A stretch of 64,000 nucleotides of DNA. Origin: Octopus vulgaris (taxonomy: Eukaryota). Made by a program: the position numbers and the translations under genes. Shown here piece after piece: positions 42,654 to 52,504 of this stretch (positions within the stretch are counted from its first letter, which is position 1; each line of letters begins with the position of its first letter). The notes beneath the pieces are model-generated. The model did not search any database, had not been told where the DNA came from, and saw nothing but the letters and a program-made list of their open reading frames with translations. The stretch lies in assembly GCA_951406725.2 (NCBI GenBank), contig OX597815.1, forward strand, positions 21,452,001-21,516,000. The letters are read 5' to 3'.

Positions 42654-43099
42654 GGTGTGAGAAGATGGTTAAAAAATAGTTAATTTAGATCAGATGTAAA
42701 ATAGAGAGTGAGGTGGAGGAAATAGAAGAAAATAGATGTGAGATATGTAAGGATATTGCATTTATAGATCCATTTTTTTAAGGCAGAATGGTATACACAT
42801 ATTCCAATATCTTATGAGTAAAATTCAATGGAATTTAAAATTGGTCATTCCGAATATAGAGTTTATACACAGTGTTATATATGTTTTAAGTTGAATTTAT
42901 AACTGTATGATTATGTATAAAAAGTTGATTGCCTAATTTGAGTTTATATCTTAATTCTTATAATTTGTCTCGGGTTTGACCTGAGCACTTCTTAAGCAGT
43001 CTATATATTTCATAAGAAAGAACAATATTATACATACATATATATATATATATATATGCACACACACATACATATGCCATTCCATACCCTCCACGCAAG

Positions 43100-44200
43100 T
43101 ACAGTTCACCAACAGCAGTATTGCAGCTATAGAAACAAAGACTATTGCCTATGGCACCTGGAAGAAGTCAGCAATCATTACAATGTGTGCATACGAACCT
43201 AAGAAAGCAAAGAGTACTTTTGTTCATCACATGGCCTGCAAGCTCTTATTTCTCTCAAACAGTCCTTCTGATCCTTTGGTAAGAGGATTTTCTGCAAAAT
43301 TTTATGTGCCCTTCTGTTGAGCATTACTCCTGCTGATCTAATTACTACATTTCTGTTTGTTTTTCTTTCAAATTTATAATGTTCATGCATATCAAATCTC
43401 CTTGCGAACTTTCCTATTCAGTTCCTCTTTCCAATATATGCAACTGTCACATGTAAAAACCTCTAAACAATTCATCCAAAGAAGCTAACAAATCTGGACA
43501 CAGTTTCTTTCATTAAGCTCAAATAATACACTCTAGAACTAGTTACTATCCTCATCAAACTCCTTATTCTCTCATTGGATATATTTCAATCTGTATAAAC
43601 ATATCTATTCCTAAGAAAAGCAGCCTCTCTAACTCTGCTAAACTCTATCCTGTCAGCCTCACTTGCACTACCACAATTACTTTCATTACTTTCAACTTCT
43701 GTCTCATCTCAGTGACCACCAGTACAGTTTCCTTGGAGTTATGTTTAGCAGAACTTGTTCTTGAAGACTTTGGTGACAGTAATGTTCTTTCTTCAACATG
43801 AACAAAGTCTTTGACTTGGTCAAAAGATAATTTATTCCTTGACATCAGTTCTGAACAGTTTCTAGCATGAGTAACTTTTAAATACACCCACCCATCCCTG
43901 ATCTTGTCTTGCAATGTAGCTGTCTTACAGGAAAGTTCCAAATGATAAGATACTTTTCCTCACCTACATACTTTCATCTTTGGTGTACCCTCAAATTTTG
44001 ATTATATCTCCTTTCATCATTTCTCGCCTTCCACATAACTTTATTCAACGTTCCTCCTCATTGTTGTAACTGTTTGGAAGTCTTTCCTTGCTAGCATTTT
44101 ATCTACAGTTGTTGACTTTCAGAAGTTCAAGATGAGCATTTATTGCATTAATTCTGAAAAGGCTTACGATAAGTATTGGCACTTTCCTTCCTGTGCTGAA
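43100..44200 (-). mobile_element. Possible very decayed Ty1/copia-like remnant
   Basis: Weak resemblances only: LSFDQVKDFVHVEER (gag-like), KFERKTNRNVVIRS and GLFERNKSL (integrase-like). No LTRs seen. Confidence 0.25.
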
Positions 44201-44833
44201 GCAGTAATAAAATATTAAGTTTTGAAACACTGGTAAAATACTGTCCATCTTTTCATTTATTAAAAAGAGAAAGAAAGATTCAGTTTAGTAATTATTTTAT
44301 TAATAATTATATTATAGGAACTAAACTATATAACAATTTCCCTCCTAGTTTTTATATTATATTGTGTGTTTAGCTCAGATTAACTCTGATTGAGCTGACC
44401 TATGTTCAAAGGTACTCCATCCCATGACCTAATTTTTAATATACCTGTACTACATTGTCTAGTATTTCTTTTAAGACAGAAGTGTATAATTTGAAGGATA
44501 TATAATTACTATTTCTAGCAGTCCTCTGAAGTACATAAAGGTCTCCTTTGTTGGCTTCATAGTATGTGTATCCTAGGCATTTAGTTTTACATGCAGTTAT
44601 TTTTTTAATCCACTGAAACCCTTAAGCCTAGAATTACAAAATGGTTTAGTTTTATTTTGTAAGTTGCCTTCATTTTATTCCTATAACTTTGTTTCATATA
44701 TTCAGTCAATCCACCATGTCATTAAAATTTTTCCTATTAATTAATCTGCCAGATTATTCCTGTTATATAGGTTTGGTTTTGTGTTTAATGATGCATAGTA
44801 CCTAATGCTATTAATTAATTAATTGTTTTGCAG

Positions 44834-44883
44834 ATAGTGAAAAAGTTGTAAAGCATCAGGAAGCTATTAACCATTCTTCAAAG
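44834..44883 (+). CDS. FAM193A: FAM193A-like small exon: (D)SEKVVKHQEAINHSSK
   Basis: ttgttttgcag acceptor, AAG|gtattt donor. The 50-nt phase 1 to phase 0 exon exactly bridges the neighbouring exons. No homology support of its own. Confidence 0.6.
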
Positions 44884-45334
44884 GTATTTATTTTTAAATC
44901 TCTTATTTTATGAGGCTGAATTTTAAGCCATAGATTGCATTCTTTCATTTATTGCTAATGACATTTGTGTTTGGTATATATAGCATTCTTTATGCTGAAA
45001 AAGTGACATATTCAATTCATAGTTAAATAGCATTATAAAAGCTGTCAAAACAACTTAGTCAACTATTCATATTTGCTGAAAATTTTTAATACGCACGCAT
45101 GCACTCACACACACACACTTTCTCTTTCAATCACGAAATTTATTGTAAATTAAATTATCATTGATATTAGGAAAAATTTAGTAAATATGTTCTCACTAAA
45201 ATTATAAAAATAGTCGCCTATAATAAGTTTCTGACTTTGTGCTTTTTAGAAATTGTTTTCATTACAAATATGTAAAAATGTAAAAGATAATTGATGTGAT
45301 CAACCATTTTTCTGGTGATAGAAATGGTTATATT

Positions 45335-46574
45335 TATAGATGTTTTCGATCTAGTTTGGATTCTTTGCCATCAAATTTGAATTCTTTGCCATCAAATTTG
45401 AATTCTTTGCCATCAAATTTGAATTCTTTGTAATCAAATTTGAATTTTTCAATTGGTGCTCAAGCCTTGAAACAAAAAAAAGAGTTAAACTACATCAGCC
45501 TTAAGGGAATACATGTCTATCTTATCTAACTCGTCCAGTGGAGCCCACTGTTGCTCGAATTTCGATCTAGCCCCAAGCTTGGGACAACAAACTTGAGTGG
45601 GATAAACTCAAATAGTAAGCTCTTTACTCTTTATAACTGTTTTATGAAGTCACTTTTTTTGTTAAAATATTGTTCAATTTGCAGCTCCTCAAAGCGAATG
45701 GACTGATTCTTTTAAGAGGGATTGCAGGTTCGAATCTCAGACTGGGCGATGTGTATGTTTATGAGCGGAGCACCTAAGCTCCACACTCGGTTATCCAAGG
45801 CGAGGCAAAGACGAGCCGGAGCTTTACCAATTGATGTCTGTAAAGTTCGATGAAATAACTCATGAACACTGCAGTAGCTTCTACCAAAAGATGCTCCGTT
45901 ATGTCAACCGGTCTGTACAAGGGGAGATCATAAATGAATGATTCTTTTTCTATTGTTTGCGTATGTTTGAACAGTTCATTCAAGATAATTTGTACATTTT
46001 TACAAACTGCAACTTTTTTTTGCGAGAAATATCAGTTAGGAAAATTTAAAAACCCTTATCTCAGGATAGCTAATATACCTGGTGTGATTTAAATCATCAA
46101 TTGTTGATCATAACTTTTAATCATATGGGTAATTTGACCCCTCCCCAAAATTGCATAAAATTGCAGGTTTATGTTACACCCCTCCCCCCATGGTATGTCT
46201 TTCAACTAGACTGTCTATTGTACATGGCATGCACGTGTCTTAGATGACATGTGGATGCATTCAGGCAGGTCGTTATATGAGGATTAGTATGAGCTCATTT
46301 TTTCCTTTACGCCCACGTATAGTGAATTGCTACGTTATAAAGAGCAAAGAGCTTACTATTCAAGTTTATCCAACTCGAGTTTGTTGTCCCAAGCTTGGGG
46401 TTAGATCAAAGTTTGAGCAACAGTGGGCTCCACTGGACGAGTTAGATAAGATAGACATGTATTCCCTTACGGCTGATGTAGTTTAACTCTTTTTTTTTTT
46501 TTCAAGGCTTGAATACCAATTGAAAAATTCAAATTTGATGGCAAAGAATCCAAACTAGATCAAAAACATCTATA
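45335..46574. mobile_element. Non-autonomous long-TIR (foldback or MITE-like) DNA element
   Basis: Arms at about 45335-45637 and 46334-46574 are reverse complements, termini tatagatg...catctata. No transposase ORF. A tRNA-SINE fragment lies inside at about 45690-45800. Confidence 0.85.
45361..45444. repeat. 4 x 21-bp tandem repeat (ttctttgccatcaaatttgaa) in the left TIR only
   Basis: Directly visible; the right TIR has a single copy. Confidence 0.95.
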
Positions 46575-47074
46575 ATATCTTTTCTAAATCAGTAATCTTG
46601 AGGGAAGTTATGTTACTTCTGAAACTAGCATTGTATGTAAACTTAAAAATAGGACAAACAATTCTCTAGATTTGCAGTAGCAGTTTTTCCTTTCCTGAAG
46701 TGCAGTGTCAGAGTTAACTGGTTGTTGATTAAAAACAGATTAAATAAAGTTAGTGTATGTTGTGAGGGGAAGGTATCAATGTTTTCAACAAGAAGCTCTT
46801 TGTTAAAAATGAAGATAAAGAAAAAATAAATGTGGGTTTAGGTGGTAAAAAATTTTGTTTGGTTTTGAATGAGTTTGATTATTCAATAGCACACAAAATG
46901 ATTTTTTTTTCTTTTTTGTCTTCATAAAAGGCTACTTGTTGATGCCTATCCCTTTATCTCACGTTGATTTTTGTGTTGGATCTTTTACCTGTTGGTATGT
47001 TAGCAATTTCATCCTCACTTTTCAAATGTAGTGGGTAAGAATTTATTGGTTCATGTTAAGGATCCACATGAGTT

Positions 47075-47424
47075 ATGCCATTGTGTTTATTAAGCAACGA
47101 TGTCTGCATTGGCTGGGTCATGCCCTCTGTTGTCAACCAGCAGAATTCATCTACGAAGCAATTACCCCAGCTCCCCTTCAGGGTTGGCGAAAGCGATGTG
47201 GTGGACAACGAAAAACCTGGCTGATGACAGTCAAGGCTGATCTGGAATCCAACCTAGGCCCCCATATCTACGGCGTTTGCCGCTGGAATAAGGAGTGGTT
47301 GGAGATCACGCGGTCGTTAGCCTCAAATCGCCAGGCCTGGTCGGCGTTTGTGAGAGATGCAGCATTGAGGATGAATGAAGCCAGCTCAACCCAACCCGGG
47401 TGAATGCTGTGAGAAGAAGAAGCA
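47075..47424 (+). mobile_element. 3' end of a third RTE-like LINE family
   Basis: KQRCLHWLGHAL...WRKRCGGQRKTWLMTVKADLE...NRQAWSAFVRDA, stop codon, short (gaa)n tail. Confidence 0.85.
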
Positions 47425-47540
47425 AGGGACATTATTTTTATTGCCTTGTTTACTAGTTGATATTTAGTAATGTATACAATAGTCTAAAGACTACTGCCTG
47501 AAATGTTGAATTCACTTCATTTCTTATGATATGTACAAAC

Positions 47541-47620
47541 ATTGATAACTTATAAGGACAGAGATAGCCAAGTTCCAGAAAACAACAATTTTAGGGTCTA
47601 TAAACATTGTTAGGACATTT
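47541..47620. repeat. Left arm of long-range intronic inverted repeat
   Basis: attgataacttataaggacagagatagccaagttccagaaaacaacaattttagggtctataaacattgttaggacattt is the reverse complement of 52425-52504 with one mismatch. Confidence 0.95.
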
Positions 47621-48002
47621 GAATTTTAATAGCGAAAATAGCTTTCAAAATGTTTAATATATGATACTGTACATTGCATGTCTTGTTTCAATGAGTAGTC
47701 ACAAATCTAAAGATGTAAGCTGAAAGCTACAAATTTCATGGAACTGTTTGAGTTAGTTTGTGATATAATGGGGATCTTTTAAAGCTTACAAGACTTGTCA
47801 ATATTTCAAGCTTTTTCAGCAGCCTTTGGCTATTAAAACTGAAATGCAGATGATTTTAAATGAACATTAAGCTTCTTGTCACATCAATTGAAAGTATTTA
47901 AATAATTTTTCCTGTGAGCTTTTTGAAAGAAATATCTTTGTTTTATTTTGCTTCATAAGCGAAAGAATTAAACAAAATTTTTTTTTTTTTTTCCTTTTCT
48001 AG

Positions 48003-48112
48003 CATATAAATTCAAAATCTTTACCAATTCTAAAAGAAATGAATTCTTCATCAAATAATGATTCAAATTCTAATGGGTTGGTTTGTTCCTGTGTTACATG
48101 TCTGGAAAGAAG
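48003..48112 (+). CDS. FAM193A: FAM193A-like exon: HINSKSLPILKEMNSSSNNDSNSNGLVCSCVTCLER(R)
   Basis: Long T-tract plus ctag acceptor, AG|gtaagg donor. CSCxxCxERR matches the FAM193A CSCEACSERR motif. Phase 0 to 2. Confidence 0.85.
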
Positions 48113-48671
48113 GTAAGGAAATATGTTGTCCATTTGTACATTTGCATATATAATTTTTTGTGTATCTTTGATTTTTATTTTTCCAGCTCTAGGGAAAGCT
48201 AAAGGATTTTTCTGGTCATATTTTCTTATGAATGGATATTTTACTTTTAATTACATCCCTTAATACTAATAGTTTCTGGTTATTGTGAAGACTTAGAAAT
48301 GATGTGCAAAATATAATAATTTGAGACTGAAAGTTCAATGTGATTTTATCATAGTTTAAATAAAACAAATGACCTGAGGACCAACTTGAGAATGGTTTTC
48401 ATTTATCTGTTAGGTTTTCAGAAATACTGTTCAGTTTCAGTAGTTTTATTCTTTTCTTCAACATTTTAAGTGATATAATCAGTGTTGTATAGATCACATC
48501 AAATTATAGATGGTCAACTGAAGCTGTCTTCAGCACATAGGGGAGCAGAGTACAACCCAAAGATCTAGCACGTTTAATACTCTTCACCTTTATCTTGTTG
48601 AGCATTCTGTAAGTTTGTTTATTAATTTTATGTCCAATTTTCCATGTGAGCATGGGTTCAATGAATACATA

Positions 48672-49143
48672 TTTATTTCTTTATTGCCCACAAGGGGCTA
48701 AACATAGAGGGGACAAACAAGGACAGACAAGGGGATTAAGTCAATTACATCGATCCCAGTGATTAACTGGTACTTATTTAATCGGTGAGCTGGCAGAAAC
48801 GTTAGCACGCCGGGCGAAATGCTTAGCGGTATTTCGTCTGCGTTATGTTGTGAGTTCAAATTCCGCCGAGGTCGACTTTACCTTTCATCCTTTCGGGGTC
48901 GATAAATTAAGTACCAGTTACGCACTGGGGTCGATGTAATCAACTTAATACCTGTGTCTGTCCTTGTTTGTCCCCTCTGTGTTTAACCCCTTGTGGGTAA
49001 TAAAGAAATAGGTACTTATTTAATCGACCCCGAAAGGATGAAAGGCAAAGTCGACCTCGGCGGAATTTGAACTCAGAGCATAGCAGCAGACAAAATACCG
49101 TTAAACATTTCGCCTGGCGTGCTAACAATTCTGCCAAGCTCAC
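48672..49143. mobile_element. SINE family B (+ copy, 48785-49010) nested inside an antisense copy of the same family
   Basis: 16-bp TSD ggtacttatttaatcg at 48769-48784 and 49011-49026; the host halves rejoin seamlessly. Confidence 0.92.
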
Positions 49144-49779
49144 AGAATACATATGAATACATATTATTGAGGCCTTTTTCTGCTGGATGCCCTTCCTGTC
49201 ACTAACCATCTATTTTTCAAGAGAAGAATTTTCATTCCACTCATTTTCAGAAGTGCAAAGCTACAGAGAAATGTCAGTCTGGAGCTTTGTGATTCTACTC
49301 TCCTTCATACAAAGCACTGAATGTAGGCATTCACATACAACACACACTCTCACTCACTTGCTCGATATATGCAGGAGGTTTGTAGGGAATTTTCAGTTTT
49401 CAATAGTTAAGAAATTTGCTTTCTAACCACATGGTTTCAGTCCAACTGAGTACTATGTAGGGCAAGTGTCTTCTATAACCCTGGATGGACCAAAACCATG
49501 GGAGATGGAAACTGAAAGAAGCCTGCTATATGTGTGTATGTGCTTATGTCTCCTTGCACAATAGTTGTAAATGAGTGTTATCATCATACAAATGGTGTTA
49601 TTTGATTTCAAATTTCTGTGGAAACCTGACCAGTCTTGGGGTAATATTACTTTGGTTAGAAATAGGTGAATGTTGTCACAGGAAGGGCATCTGGTTGTAT
49701 AAAATTTGCCTATTTTGTCTGATGCAAGCAAACATGGAAAACTACCTGTTAAAACAACTGGTTTGTGTTTTTGAGTCCC

Positions 49780-50450
49780 TTTAGCTCTAAGTCAGAAGTC
49801 ACTTCCTGTGAAACTATGTTGGGCTGTACATTTTGTGCCTGAGAAGGATTTTGCATTCACAAGCATCTGTCTATCCTGTTCTCTGGTCCATCTGGCTTGA
49901 GTGTTCACCAAATTGATAGGTGATCAGGGCACTGGTTGGTTTCTTGAAGTTAGCGTTGTAGAACAGTATTTCATTTGTATCACAGAACTCCAAGAGCCTT
50001 GTTCCCTCCTCATTTCTAGGACCAGAGCCATAGCTTCTATGTATACTATGGAATCCATCAGATTACTTCTCAAGTTTTATGAAATCACCAGTCATAAAGA
50101 TAAGGTTAATTGAGGTAATCTACGAAAGAGGATTGTGAAATTTAGTCCTTTTGTTCATCTTTCAGTCCCATTTGAGGGGCATATGCAGAGATATTAATGT
50201 TGTGTTTTGTAGACTGAATGGGAAGAGTGAGTTGGAATCTAAGAGACAGCTTCATCTGCGAAAATCAGTTTTCCGTTTTCTGAAAGCCAGTAAACAATAG
50301 GCAGACCAGCTTAGCCAAAAGCACATACGATAGGGTTTCATATGTAATAGGAGTTGAAAAACTTCACTTCACTGGGATCAGTTGGCTGTCTTCTAAAACA
50401 AAATCACTCTGTATCTATATAAAGTAGGGGCAGACAACTATGCTTTTCAA
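49780..50450 (-). mobile_element. Highly decayed RTE endonuclease fragment
   Basis: GTRLLEFCDTNE...NANFKKP...LITYQ remnant, homologous to 42000-42130. Confidence 0.7.
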
Positions 50451-52053
50451 AACTATAAATGCAGTCCACATGTAAATAGAAGTTGAATTTTTCAATTCAG
50501 TTTCTTTTAACATTATTGATCATTGGATTCAATTCTTTCCCCAGTGCTCATTTCTATTTGTGTCTACACTAGTTTTTTGTTACCATACTTTTAAAAAAAG
50601 TGGGACAAATGATAGTTAATGAACAGCTGGGAATATTTTCTGAACTTCTATCTGTCGACATCTAATTTAAGTAGACTAGAGTATGTATTAATGGAGGAGG
50701 TCAATGACCATTATTGAGAATGAACCAAGGTTGGCCTAGAAAGTATCTGAAGGTAAATTGTAGAATTTGCCGTTATATGAATGGTATCCCTATGGGGTAA
50801 AGGGTATTGGTAATAGAAAATCACAATAAAATGTATCTGTATCAACATATTTTGTTGTTTCTACAGAACAAATCTTATTGGTCCTAATATTTCTCAGGGT
50901 TTCTGTTTTTTCAAATTTTTGTAAAGAAGTTTTATGATGTTATGCAGTTATGATTTAATGACTGATTGTACACGTGTCCATCTCTTTTAATTAAAAGAAA
51001 GTAAAGTGTCTTGCTCAGAGACACAACACAATTATAGTATTTGAATTTGTGGTCATGTAGTCAGTATCATTAACAACACTGCACTTAATTGCTTATTGCT
51101 ATGTATTATTGCTGTTTCATCTTTGCTCAGGCCTGATTAAGCCAATGTATGATAAGACAATTCATCTGTGACCATCCCACTTTTTTCTTTTGCAGTGGCA
51201 CATAAAAAGCACCATTCAAGTGTGGCTGATGCCAGTGCCACCTGACTGGTTCCGATGCTGGTGGCACATAAAAAGCACCCACTACACTCTTGCAGTGGTT
51301 GGCATTAGAAAGGGCATCCAGTTGTAGAAACCTTACCAAATCAGATTGGAGCCTGGTGCAGCCTCCCAGCTTGCCAGTTCTTGGTCAAACCGTCCAACCC
51401 ATGCCAGCATAGAAAGAGGATGTTAAATGACGATGATAATGATATGTTGTATTATAAATTACATTATCCCATTTTTTTAATGACAACAAGGTGTGGTTTG
51501 AGGGAGATTTGACTTTTAGTAGTTCTAGCAACTAAACAGAGCCTCCCTCATTGGGTCATTGCTGGTACTATTGCTGCTTAAAAGTGGTGTTTGTAATGTC
51601 ATGTACTCATGTTAGAGTTCACCAAGGATGAGTTGCCTCTAACCAATGAATCTGAAAAATGAATAAAAGTTTAACACACTTGGTGAAAACACATTTGACA
51701 CAGATTGTCAACCAGTTGTGATACCATTGGTGGATACCTTATAGGTGAGGATCAGATATTGATATAAGATCTGATTTGACTGTATCTCTTATCAGATTGA
51801 TTCAAGATCCAATCTTATATCATGAACTGGACAAAATGACTTAATTCTCATCAGTTTGACTTGTATTCATATTTTGAGTCATTGAATACTGTGTGCAAAA
51901 TGTTAGAGATGCTTGCAGAGAAGACCCTTTTGTTTTGGAATGAAAAAAATACGGGGTCATTTATCAATATTATTTCAATATAAAAAGAATATTACTGATT
52001 TCATGATGATTAATGTTCAGAGTTTATAAATATTTTATATTCTTCATTTCCAG

Positions 52054-52264
52054 GTTATATACAAGAGATACACACCAACTATTTATGCGGTTAGAATCGC
52101 AGGCTAAAGAATTTGTGATAGAAAAAAGAGAGAAGCTGTTAGAACAATTAGATATTGAATACAGGTGTCCTAATGAAGCAAGGGATTTTGTTTTTCTCCT
52201 TTTTGATGAATATAGACAATTATGTCAAGCTGCATCTAAAGTATCGGACATATTAACTGAACTG
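52054..52264 (+). CDS. FAM193A: FAM193A-like exon: LYTRDTHQLFMRLESQAKEFVIEKREKLLEQL...LLFDEYRQLCQAASKVSDILTEL
   Basis: catttccag acceptor, CTG|gtaggt donor. Similar to FAM193A LCERDPYQLYQRLEQQAREYVLEMK...LLEEYGALCQAAR (from memory). Phase 2 to 0. Confidence 0.92.
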
Positions 52265-52424
52265 GTAGGTGTTTTTTTTGTTTTGTTTTTTTTTTAGTTT
52301 ATAGAAAATGTGTTAGTCATGGTTTGAGAAACATTTCTAGAGTTTCCTTTACTACCTCACAAAGTATTAAGTACCTTTTGGAAAACATGCATAAAAACGT
52401 TTAAAGCTAATAACTATTGTGTGA

Positions 52425-52504
52425 AAATGTCCTAACAATGTTTATAGACCCTAAAATTGTTGTTTTCTGGAACTTGGTTATCTCTGTCCTTATAAGTTAT
52501 CAAT
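52425..52504. repeat. Right arm of long-range intronic inverted repeat, abutting the LINE tail
   Basis: aaatgtcctaacaatgtttatagaccctaaaattgttgttttctggaacttggttatctctgtccttataagttatcaat. Complementarity resumes (tgtacatatcat) at about 55997-56008, after the insertion. Confidence 0.95.

Noticed and set aside
50213-50300. Candidate for the missing phase 2 exon
   Set aside because: Lies in a decayed RTE endonuclease fragment, runs into a stop, has no compatible donor and no homology.
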